Under the pieces are notes generated by a model that worked only from the letters and a program-made list of their open reading frames with translations, made no database searches and was not told the DNA's origin. A stretch of DNA of 64,000 nucleotides from contig DF237191.1 of the NCBI GenBank assembly GCA_000708835.1, positions 65,930-129,929 on the forward strand, read 5' to 3'. Of this stretch, positions 35,962-47,800 are shown piece by piece. Made by a program: the position numbers and the translations under genes. Positions within the stretch are counted from its first letter, which is position 1. The number at the start of each line of letters is the position of its first letter. Source of the DNA: Klebsormidium nitens. Taxonomy: Eukaryota; Plantae; Klebsormidiophyceae.

Positions 35962-36688
35962 TTCCTGAGGCAGAACACCACCTCCAATGCAATAGATGAC
36001 CGATGGTGGTGCTATAAACTACTATGATAGTATCCAATGTGCCAGACAACTTGTTTCTCTGTTTCGTCGCCCTTCCTCACCCTTCCTTCTGCCCCAAGCA
36101 TGCCTCCTTCCACTTGCTCAATTGCCATACCGTTAGTATTTGGAGACCAGCCATCGTGGCAGCAGACTGTCTTGTAATAGGATTCAGGAACTGTGCAGGC
36201 GGGGTACTTCGAAGTTCTAGAATCTAGACTACCTGTGTAAAGAGACTTGGAACCATTACCGGCTTCAGCAAACGGTGCACGGCTGTCTTGCCGGCGTTGT
36301 TGTCTGATACACACGTCTGGGCTAAGAACGCGAGCACCGGGTACCCCACGTTAGCGGCAACGGGACGGTTGATCAAGATGCAATATCATGTTGAGGAAAC
36401 TTGAGGCCCAGGCGGGGGCCCCGGGGGGGGGCGCACGCGAGTCGTTTCTCACCTCCGACTCTCCGAGTTCGCCGAGCGCCGATTCTATCCGCGCGCGCGC
36501 GCGCGTCCCGAGTCATCTCATGTGCTGATTAGACGGAGTAGACCAGAGTAGACCAGCTGCTCATGATCCCTCTTCAGCTAGCTCAAGCCTCAGACAAATT
36601 GAAGCCACAAAGAAGAGCGCTTAGCATTAGTGTAGGTGAGTACGTGCATGACGGCTTTGCTCCCTCGAGCTGGCAGGTTTGCTGCAGG
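35962..36688. promoter_or_regulatory. Short bidirectional promoter region shared by DUS3 and the SDR, with a G-run and (CG)n tract
   Basis: Head-to-head ATGs about 730 bp apart. ggcgggggccccggggggggg at ~36410-36432 and cgcgcgcgcgcgcgcg at ~36490-36506. Confidence 0.45.
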
Positions 36689-39425
36689 ATGGCTGGACCG
36701 AACAAATGCCGCCGATACGAGGGGAGAGTGTGCATAATTACAGCATCAACAGCAGGGATCGGGCTCGGAATTGCGAGGCGGCTTGCACAGGAAGGAGCTT
36801 CCGTCGTTATATCGTCCAGGAAAGAAAAAAACGTGAATGATGCAGTTGCTCAGCTCAAAAAGGAGGGGCTGGAGGCCTTTGGAGTGGTGTGTCATGTTGG
36901 GAGCGCTGAGCACAGGAAGAAGCTGATTGATGAAACAATCCAAGTGAGCCTTCTGTAGATATAGGAGGCTCCAGCAAAGCCTTCTATGCTGTGTTCATCT
37001 TTCAGTCTTACAAGTATTCTACTTTTGTTGCCAGCTTACTGGCCCGAATCACCAGGAACTGATTTGCAAGCCTTCCTGCAACTTCTGGCGTAAACTGTAG
37101 TAACAGATTGCAATCTACCGAGGCTTGAAAGGTTTGACTGTGCCATGCATTGCATGTGACATTTTTGGACATTCGAGTTGTGATCAGTCAAATCTTGAGA
37201 TAGTGGTAGGACTTTTGAAAGCTCCAGCATTGTCTGCATCTGGCACAGGCACACTCCCTAGAGACAGTCACCCAACCACTTGGTGGTAGTTTTTTTTTTT
37301 TCCTGATACAGCGTTTGGAAACAGATTGCCAAAGCTGCGTAAAGTTCTGTCTTTCTGCTCAGAGTAAGGTCAGAATCATGGATGATATCAGCATCCCCCT
37401 CATTTCTTAGTCCATGGAGACTTTGCGTCTGTGCATCCTGCTTTGCGATGAAGGCACTGAAAAGGCAGATTTTACTCCCTGCAGTTATTGTGCCTTTCAT
37501 GATTGCTTGGGCAATCAAATGTTTTAATAGTTTGGCTTGGACATACCTCATGAAAGCGTGAAACATAACTCACAGCGGTTACTTTCTGGAATGCAGAAGT
37601 ATGGCAAGATCGACGTGTTTGTTTCCAATGCTGCTGTCAACCCCGGCGTCGGTCCCATACTGGACATGGCAGAGTCGCAGCTGGACAAGATTCTGGAGAT
37701 CAACGTCAAAGTTTCGGTCCTCCTAGTCCGGGTAAGTTAGAAGATTTCATAACGGCTTTGGCTCTTGGCAGATGCTTTTAGAATGACAGACAACCAGAGA
37801 AGGAGTGCAATTGACGGAACCAGTTGCAATTGCACTGACAGAGAGAGTGGAAGAAGTTGAGCCTACCGTCAGTATCCGGTCAAGATAGAATATTGTCATT
37901 TGCTGCTATCTGGGGGTGGCGGTCTACCATACGTGCCGTAGTGTCAGCCTGATATCAAAGGCACTTTTTGTTATTGTCTCAGCAGTGCTCCCAATCTCAA
38001 TGCACATGTCTACACAAGAGCCCTGTAATACCGGGAACCATGTGCTTCAGTATCTTGGACAAGGACTCTACTGGTTTCGTTCCAACCATCCAACCTAGGA
38101 ATTTCATCACACCAAAAGGTTCAGAAAACAAAATCCACCCAAGCAGCTCCCAAGCAGCTGCAAACATCTGCAGGAAGCAATCCAGCACATCCCGTCTGGC
38201 GGAAGTGTTATCTTCACCTTCTCATTGGCCGCATTCAACCCCTCAGCCCCACTCGCCTTCTATGGCGTCAGCAAGACTGCTCTTCTCGGGGTCACCCGGG
38301 TAAGTCACACCTCAGACTGAGCACCCGTTTCTTGAGTGTTGCAGGAGGCCGCCCCACACATCCCATCAGGCGGTAGCATCATTCTCATCTCGTCAATCAC
38401 AGCCTTCAACCCGGGGGCGCCTCTAGCTATGTACGCAGTCAGCAAGACGGCTCTGCTAGGGCTGACGAGAGTGAGCGTTTCTATCGAAAGGAACTTTTCC
38501 GGAATGTTTTGAAAGACCCCCTTGGTTTCTTTGCAAGGGGCCAAGCTTCATTGCTAGAAGGAAGTCATTAGACGAGATGTACCCTCCGTCCTTGCTCTTG
38601 ATCGTAGTGTGAAAGTTGGGCTCCATTCCTGCTCCCAGTCTTAGTTGAATTTGTTTTGAAGCTATCCTTTGTGGTCTGATTGGAGTAGGGAAGTTGGACA
38701 ACATGAAGTCGTCATGGTCGACCTTTCCTAAAGTTCATGCCTTAACATGTATCTCTTGTAGCATCTCGCTGCCTTCGTCGTACTTTCAACCTCGAGCACC
38801 CTTTCTTTTGCAGGGCCTGGCGGCTGAGCTAGCTCCCAACGTCAGAGTCAACTGCGTCGCCCCGGGTATTGTGCCCACGCACTTCGCAAGCGCTCTGGTA
38901 GCCAACGAGGCCTCGGTGAGTGGCCGTTCGAACCTTGGCTTCGACTGGAATGACTCAATGCGTGGGGTTAGATAGTGACTACTACCGTGGTGCCTTGGCA
39001 GAGAAAATCATGCCACGAAGGGGAGTTTTGTGTTAAGAAGACGCATTAAACAATGTATACATAAGATGAAATCGTATCCTGTTGCTCAACCGGACCGAGT
39101 TTCGTGTCCCTCCTTCATTGCTTTCTGAAAGTCGCTTGAGGCTCCCACTTAAGGCAGGGGTTTTTGCAGGAATCTCAGAGATCATCTGGTGCGACTGCTT
39201 GGATGGTGAGCAGAGGGTTACACCATTTCTATTGCAATGCATGAGGCCCTGATTAACTGCTCTACGTATATGCAGAAGAAAGCCATGGAAGACCAGACCC
39301 TGCTTAAAAGACTTGGGACGCCCGAAGACATTGCAGGGGCGGTGGCCTTTCTAGCCTCCGATGATGCCGCATACGTAACAGGAGAGACCGTGGTTGTGGC
39401 TGGAGGGACGCAGTCAAGGCTCTGA
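36689..39425 (+). CDS. SDRA: Peroxisomal short-chain dehydrogenase/reductase (DHRS4 / Arabidopsis SDRA-IBR1 type) with a PTS1 signal
   Basis: Exons 36689-36943 (IITASTAGIGLGIA), 37597-37731 (VSNAAVNP), alternative exon 3a 38174-38299 or 3b 38345-38470 (YxxxK), 38814-38915 (VRVNCVAPG) and 39276-39425 (RLGTPEDIAGAVAFLASDDAAYVTGET..QSRL*). Ends in SRL. Confidence 0.94.
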
Positions 39426-39926
39426 GAGACGTCGGAAGCAACGAGTAACGTTTGAAGGTACCGCTTCCTAACGAAGTCCGAGAGTCCGAGTTCCATGTAT
39501 ATAACGGGTATATTACGTTGATATGAATCTGGCACGCTCACACTGTAAGGATTTGTCGCATGCAGAGTCTGCTGGTACAAAGACATCTAAGGATAATCAT
39601 TGAGGATTAAAAGAAGGGCTTGCGCGCGGAATCGGACAGAATGATCCTGACAGGTCTTTTGCATCACGCTTTGCATCACCGCTGAGCGCCACCACAAAAA
39701 GCCTACACCTTATGTTCATGTAAGATTGCTCAAACCGAAGCCTGAATGGTTGAGCTCAGAAGGAGCTTGATTCAAAATGGAGTGTCAAAGACTCTACTGA
39801 ATACACGAATATCCTACAAAAATCAGATACCATCAGATTCTTGGCGGCCGCATCGTCTGACAGTCATGGAGTCGAGGAGGGGTCGAGAACTACATGGTAG
39901 GCTCTAGGTACGTCCTTGCACGCATG

Positions 39927-40740
39927 TTTTGACACCTTTAATTATAGTTTTAAGTGCCACCCGGTAATGACACAGTTTATTCGTCCCCTGATTGGCCAAA
40001 ACCCTTACCGAAGACCACGTTGACCAGCATTCAGTACAACCTTTGCAGTCCCCTCAACCTAGATCGATACAACGTTACAATCTGCACCGTTCGATCCTCA
40101 TCGACGGCTTACACTAGCCAATATTGAGGTTCTGACCTTACTCTACCTGATGCCGGCCGGTCTTCGCTCAGCCACGTGAAGACGGTTTTAAGACCCAAAG
40201 AGGCAGTGTCGATATACAGTATAAGGATTCAACCAAACCCACAAACTCTTAACACCCCACCAAGGGTCTGAGCTTATTAACCTGCTGACCCACCACCTTA
40301 ACTCAGCTTGAAACCCAAGTAATTATAAGGTGCTTTTGACAATATCATCTCGAGTACGCCCGGTAATGACACATTTGATTCGTCCTCTGATTGGTCGGAA
40401 CCCTTTACCACTGACTTCGTTGACCACGAAGTCACCAGATTTAAAGCGCACCCCACCCTAGATCGAAGATTCAAATGATCGACACCGTCAAGCTTTCAAT
40501 CGAACGGCAGAGAAGTACACCATTCGAATGCATCGCAGGCTCCGATACTAAGGCAACCCTAATCATAACTCGTGTCGGCCGGTCTCTCCTAACCCATGAA
40601 GGTTAACCCTGAAACCCCAGAAAGAAGTGTCAGTTTGAGAACAAAATTTGCCCCCACTTCATATGACAAATGTCGGAGCTGATTAGCCAGGTGACCCAGC
40701 ACCTTAACTTGGCATGAAACCCGAGTAAGGTGGCCATTCT
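39927..40740. repeat. Diverged two-copy ~400-bp tandem duplication in an intergenic region
   Basis: cccggtaatgacaca..ttcgtcc.ctgattgg at 39960 and 40359. tgaccca.caccttaact..gc.tgaaaccc.agtaa at 40286 and 40692. Other collinear blocks (cctagatcga, cggccggtct) keep the same spacing. Confidence 0.7.
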
Positions 40741-41885
40741 CTTTAGGTACCTACCTATTAGGTATATGAGCATTATATAAGATGTTCCAAGTCGTGCAAT
40801 GTTTCTGCAAAGCACGTGCCAATCTGCCCGGGCCGACGTACGGACGGCCGCCGCTGCTCAGCCTCCTCTCCTGGTCCCGGGCCAGGCTGAGCGGTCACGG
40901 TGCCCGGTCGGACTCGCGCGAGGCCTCGCGGTATTAGGTACCTAGGTAGGTACTCCGTACTGCTCCAGTCTCCATAGTTATCCGGGATCGGGGTTGCATG
41001 GCCGGGAGTCCGGCACCCGGGCGGCCGGGCCGGCCCTCGATTCGCGCACTTTGTGGGCCTCGCGGCCGGGGCCCCGGACCGGGACCCCCCCGGGGCCCCT
41101 AGGGCACTGAGCAGTGAGCAGCCTAGCTGGATGTGCACCGCCGTAAATTTCGATGCGCTGGTCACAATCAAAGTCCTTCTACGAAAATTAATTGGCGTGT
41201 TCAAGGCCCAAGCTAGTGTACTTAATGTACCCCAACACGTGGTTGAGACGCAGCTGCCAGCACCTTGCAAGCTTATATCACAATTAATTCACAGCTCGGC
41301 AAAGGTACACCGGCGCAGGCGTCCCGGACTTCTCGGCCTTGTCTAATGGTATGTACGTGCACATGCTAGGTATGTACTGTGTACACTTGGGACGGCACCC
41401 TTAAAGACGAACGAGGCAGGGTGCAAGGCTTGAGCCCCTGGGGCCTGTACGGTAGGCTGTCAGCCACACTGTAGCTGTGACGGTAAGTTGACGTACACCC
41501 CTTGAAATTCAATGCAGCCACATCAAGTGGGCAATTGCGCTTGCATCACAAACTGATCTGGTGCCGCTTGTTGAACATGTTTTCCAAATTCATCTCTAGA
41601 GTCTACAGCATGCAGCTGGCGCAGGCAAAAGAGACGGGGTGCAACGTACTGCTTTCAGACGCGCAATCCACTTTCCTCCTTGCAAAGATTTTGAATCGAG
41701 TTTGCTGTGACATTGCCAACAATTTTATCCTCTGTTAGCAGTCAAGCCGGCGCAAGCAACGTATAACCTATGCGCTTCTTGCTTGAATGAGGAATGAAGT
41801 AAATGAAATAGGTAGTAGTAAGTCCTCCGTCCATTGCAGGTGTTGGAAGACACTGTAGCGAGCGCTGATCTGCTCCGGAGCAACG

Positions 41886-44800
41886 ATGCAGCTCCTCACA
41901 GCTATCGATGCGCTCTCTCTCTTCCTCGCCCCTCGGGCGGCGCGCGCGGTGCTCGCAGCGGCAGCAGTGTCCCTGGCTCTCTCTACCTTCATAACACATT
42001 CGCTTAGCGCTGGTGACGTCAGGGCCCTGCCGTCCCTCCAAATGGGCGCCAGACTGGTGACGCAGCTCCTGGCGCTGCGGCTTGGCCTTGTTCTCTCAAC
42101 GCTCCTCCACGAGTGGGCCCATTTGGCTGCTGGCGCCGCCATACTCATCACCCGCAAGGCCTTCTGGCTGGAGAAAAACGCACTTGCAAGGGCCTGGTTC
42201 AGCCTGAGCAATGTGCTGGGAAACGTGCCTGTTTCTAGTTGGCTCGCGTGTCTTGTGCCCTTTACCCCCCTCCCAGAAAGCGTGCAGCCTGTGGTGGTGC
42301 TTAGAGGAAAGGGGGCAGCAGAATCTGACAGTCAGTCAGGCCACAAGGGAGGTCATGCTGAGACGGGGTTTTTAGATGCTCAGGACACGTTCGTTCGCCT
42401 TGGGGGGTGGTTTGTCTCCGGAGTATGCTGCGTTTTGATGTGGATGGTTGCGCACAAAGCAGGTGAGAGTGGGTAGCTGCCACTCAATGCCTCTAAGTCT
42501 TGAGTTACTTTTCTGCTTTGCAAGACCTGGCGGTTTTTCCTCCGGCTGCATCCACTGTAAGATGCATCTCAATGCTTCATGGAACCAGGCAAAGAGGTGT
42601 GTTGAGAAGAAAGTAGTGCTGGCTGGATCTATATTGTCTGAAAGACTTGCTCAACACCTACATCCTGTGTATGCAGCTAGAGTGGATGATAGAACCTTTG
42701 GTCGGACCCTGATGCTTCAAAAATAAAAGAACAAGCACTTGACTCAGGCCACATAGCTCTTTCAAGGTTGCAGACGATAATCCAGATGAGTCATCGGTTT
42801 ATTGCCCCTGTTGAAGTAGTCTCAGCTAGGTCATGCGATGAGAATGGTGTTTTCAAAAGTACTTGTTCTGAAACTTACAAAGTACGTCAGAGGATCAAAA
42901 CCCTTAAAACTTGGTATGCTTTGCGTCTTGTCTCCCGCGGGTCTAAACATGTGGCATCGGTTGACTGCGCAGATGGAAACCTGTGGGGCCTGTTCGTCAG
43001 CAATGTGCTAAAGGTAAAGCCACAGAAGTTTCATGCCCAAACTATCTCAACATGCTGAAAAGTTTTGAGCAAACAATGTGCTCTGACCGCAAGGCTTTAA
43101 GCAATGAGTTCTAGCCTGCTTCTTCAATCCCTAATTCTGGCTTCACTCTTTAGTACAATTCTCCGCAACTGCGATGCTCCGTGCTATTGCTTTCTATAAC
43201 AAGGCTTCAAAGCAACCCACATGATTTGAAGGAGGAGTCTTAGGGTTTCCACATTCTGGAGTGATAAGCTCATCAAGAGTACAAGCAGAGCTGATGTTCA
43301 CGGACCTGCAGAGGTGAAGTCGCTGCCAGCAAGTCATTGCGTAGGTCTAGAAAAGGGAATCTGAAGGATGTCTGAGCTTCCAAAGGAGGAATCCAGATGC
43401 TTGGCGAAACAGCATCAGAACCGGGAAGTGTTTCCAGATCCACTACTTCTCTATATGTAGGGCTGTTTGTACACTTTCGCCGGCGCCTGTGCGAGCGACC
43501 TCTACGAAGTCCTGACAGGTAGCGCCACAAAGGGCCACTTCCGCTGCGGTAACTTTGGGCTCATCCTGGTGAAGAGCGTCCGCGAAGGGTGAGCCTTGGG
43601 GCCTCTTCAAAAGTGCTCTTTCATTTTTGCAGCCTCTTATCTCTCTCATTTTGGTTATTACTCTAAAGATAAGACCTGACTCAGCAAACTGGTGCACTCT
43701 AGCGAGATCCCCTTTTGCGGACCTTACTCTCGCTAAAGAAAGGGACCCACATATCAGCCGTTCTTCTGCGAGGAGAGGCGCGGCCGCTTTCATCAGTCAA
43801 CTTGCACATGCTAAAGCTGATTCGATCGGAGAGTCAAGCGAAACATATCGGGCTACACGAACTGCCCCATTGATCATATCCCAGGTTTTCTTTGAACCAC
43901 ACAAGCCATAACGGTTCCCTCAAGCACGACCTACCGTAAACCGTGAACTCCTCCTTATCAAAGAGAACTTTGATTGGCAGACCTCAATCATTCTCCGAGA
44001 ATGCAAGCAAAAGCTGCCTTCTCCACTTGCTTTGCAGGGCGAAGCAGTTGGATATCTTTGCGGCACTGTCGAGCATGTGCGGCATTTCCAGTCAGCGGGG
44101 AGGCCAATCGGGCGGGCTCGTGACGTACGTCAAGAAGTCGGACACGTGCACCGTTGGCGTGCGTGCGAGGATTGTACCCTCCAAGAGAGTGTCCGTGGCT
44201 GACAAGGTGCAGAGAACGACTGATCTAGACGGAAATCGCTTTATATCTGTCACAAAAACCGAAGAAACGATTAGACAAGTGAACTGCGTTTTGAGCGGGA
44301 TTCTTGGCACAAACAAATAAAGGCATTGAGGAATGACAGACTGATAGGTACATTCAAGTTAGCAGCGAATAATGAACCACTGAGATTTGCCGCGTACAAT
44401 TCCTTCGAACTGCGGCAGACTTACACCTGGTCGAGATCCGAAGCGGTCTTTTTGGTTGCTGAAATCCGGAGAGGCCTTCGTCAGGTTTCTTCCTGAACCA
44501 CCGCAAGTTCTCCTCCACATCGCAAAAAAGTCATTCCCGCCGTTTGCCAGAATCACTCATATGACGACCATGCTCATCTCGACTTCTTCAAACTCGACCA
44601 AAACCTACCCCATTAAGACGAGTCTGTCTGAGAGGGGACTGACTCGTGATTACCGCAGACCGTGAGTGAAGAGATCCCTGTCATTTCCAGAAAACATTCC
44701 TCCGGCTAGCTGTGTCAAGGTAAACAATTCCTGTGGCAGCTCCTCTCAACACTCCGGCGCCTCATCTGGTGGGAGAAGGCCAAGGCGAAGCTCACTGGCC

Positions 44801-47800
44801 ACGTCAGCACCGAAGAAAACCCGGTGCAGATGTTCCTAGGGCACACGCGCTTTGCAACCTCGAGGTACGGACAGAATGAACACCTTTCTCTCGATATCCC
44901 ATTTTATCAGAATTACGGCCTCGTTGGAAAATGTTGACTTTTGAAGGTCGTCGTCACGGGCAGCATGCAGTGGACGAAGAGAAGATCCTGAAGTATCCCA
45001 TTTCGCCTGCCCACTCGATTTGGCCTTTGAAACTTTTGTGTGCCTTTTCTTTGCGCATAGCTCCCGATATTACGGCCCGGGTCAGGAACCTTTCAAATGC
45101 CCAGAAGTTTATTGGAGTTCTTCAGGTAGGATGCTTGGAAGAACGACGACCTCATGTCACGCTTCCAAGACGATCAAAATTCTCACTTAAGCCGACTTGC
45201 CTAAAGCTTATAGTATAGTATATAGTTTGCGCCCTGCAACAGCTTATACGTTTCACTTCGAAACCCTGCACCTCATTTCCGGGGGGGCCGGCGTAGCACC
45301 CACGTCACTGACCGTCAGGCAATAAGGGGATGAACAATTTCGCAGGAGGGTCGGTTCGAAGCTTCTGCTGACGTCACTCGTCCGGTGACGGAAAGTTGCA
45401 TTCAGTCACAATCAAGTCACCCTTGGATCATTCTTCACACATACGCCGACGCCCTCATTCAACCATCCTCTAACCCAATTCACTGACCCTCCTCTTTCTC
45501 CCGCAGCATTCCCAGCCCCAACGAGTCGCACCCGCACCAATGGTCCCCCCCCCTCCCCGTCACGCACTGGCAGCACCCCCCCTCGGCGCAAGTTCCCACG
45601 CCCGCCGCCACCCAATTTAGCCTATTTGTCACCCATAACGGCGACTTTGAGTTTTGGAACCTGTACGGTTCGGACCGGACCCACAACGAGATGGCGGCGT
45701 TTTTGGAAAAGGCCCTGTGCCGGCCGGCGCCGGCGCAGTGTGACAGCGTTGTCGTGGCGGGAGTGGTGGAGCTGCTGCGGACACAGGGCCTCTGGGGAGC
45801 AGCGCTGCGTCTCGCCTTCTTTCAAGTGAGCGCCAGACCGGGTCTCATGTATTCTTTGCTCCACGAATTTGGTTCTGTATGATTGATCTGTTTGCTTTTT
45901 TTGACCTCTTCTGAAAGCCGACGAAAATAGGTCGAGGTGTCGCTTTTGTTACCCAACTTAGAGTTTTCAAGTTGGTTTCATGAATCCTTGAAGGGCGAAG
46001 GCCACTCTTGCGTATGAAGAAGTTAGAATCAGCGATTTCAAAACCTGCGACTGAGCAGAAGCATACCGCCGCCTAGACGTTCGTCCTTCCAAACTGTGCC
46101 GAACCCTGTCGGTTTTATGCTTGAATTGTAGAACACTGTTCTCAAGCAACTTTCCAATTTGGACAGTCCACTTCCTGGTTCAGCATTGGCCGCCCCTCTT
46201 TCCCACGTCAAAATGGGCCAATCTTTTGGTCTCGCAAGCTCCCTGATCCATTATTTGTGCCTTTGCCTTCACGTCACGGTACAAACTCGGACCTGGAACG
46301 AGCAGTGTGAGCAAATGTGGCTTCTTTGTACTGATTCTTGCGTACTGTCCGGGTATTACAGACGGTGGTTACCAATTTCTCGGACGTCCTCGACAGCAGC
46401 AATGCAGGCCTTGTCATCCCGGACGCCGCCGCTCAGAAGGCTATGGCCGCTGTTGCCGATGCCGCTTACAAGGCCTTTTTAGAAGGGGCCCAGGAAACCA
46501 CCCCCGACGAAGAGAAGGGCGGGAAAGGGGCGGCCGGCTATGAAGACGGAGAGGGCTTCGCCCGTACGCTATGCCAGGAAATGCGCGCAAACGGACCAGG
46601 TGAGCCTTCGGTAAACATAGATATGAGGTTCTTTCTGCCCAAAATTGGCGTGCAGACGGCCAAAGTAGGGCGCCGATTCTCCCATTACTAGCGAACACTC
46701 AGAAAACCCCATGAATGTTCTTACATGGCATAAGGATTTTCCTTCAGATTCGTTGCTTTCTTGAAAAGAAGCTCTTTTTGTCTGGTCGCAGCTCCCTTGA
46801 AGGCCCTGCCAGAGGCGCAGCTGCAGGCGCTGTGCAGCCAGGCGGTGGTTAACTTCACCGAGAACGACTTGTACACCGCCGTCAAGAAGTTCCTCTTCCG
46901 AGCCAAGGTGAGAGCCAGCCTCTCAGAACTCTGCTCATAAGAGTCCGACGGGTTCATTCGGGCAGCAGAGCCGTGCACAAAAGCGCAGAAGGTGAACCTC
47001 TGCATAGCACGAATACCGAAACGTCAGAAGTATCTCGCCGAGCGTTGAGGTGAGGAATATAAGGCTGAGCGGGTGCGAATTGCAGAGGGTTTGGCTCGTA
47101 AACAAAAAAGAATCGCAACGACAAAGTCGTCTGCCCGTGTCAGATATAATAGAGGGGACGCTTCAATGTGAAACCTGGGCCACTGTGGATATGCAGATGC
47201 ACTCTTGAAGAAGCCCAACATAGCCCGGCCCCATCTCTCGCGTTTGTGATGTGCTCTAAGTCCTGACCATCAAAGAGACGCTGAATGACGTAATACTGCC
47301 TGGTAACACGCACGGAGTCTTTCCGACCTGGCAATCAATGGGCGACTCTAAGGGAAGCCTCGCCTGCTACAAAGCTGCTTTCGTGCTTCATGAACGTGGT
47401 GTCAATTCCGGTGCTGCTCCCTGCAGGGATCCTTTGGGCTGGTCGTCACCACGAGCATTGACACCGATCGCGTGGCCATGGCTGCGTTGAACCAGACCAT
47501 GTCTATGGGCTTCTCGAAGGAGTACCGAACAGTCCTCTACAGGTACTCTTGTCCGAGAGTCTGATTGGCTGGTTACTGCGTTTTGCATTACTCTGGTCAT
47601 TTGATGCCTAGGTATTTGCCTCAGTCAGCTTCCTCAGAAGATCTCGGGAGCGAGAATGCTTCACTGAGAGCCTGAAGCCAGATACAATAAAACAGGCGCA
47701 CAGACTGAACGGCTGATTTGCACACCCTTTGCATGGCCGCCGCCGAGAGCCATTGTGATTAACTTTCACAGATCTCTACAAAATCTGGACGTCCGAGAAT

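Noticed and set aside
44074-44090. MCGISS in ORF 43943-44320 looks like the Met-Cys-Gly N-terminus of a GlmS/PurF enzyme
   Set aside because: It sits just before RGGQSGG, the position of the internal RGxDSxG motif. The true Ntn-start equivalent is CGNFG one exon upstream (43545).
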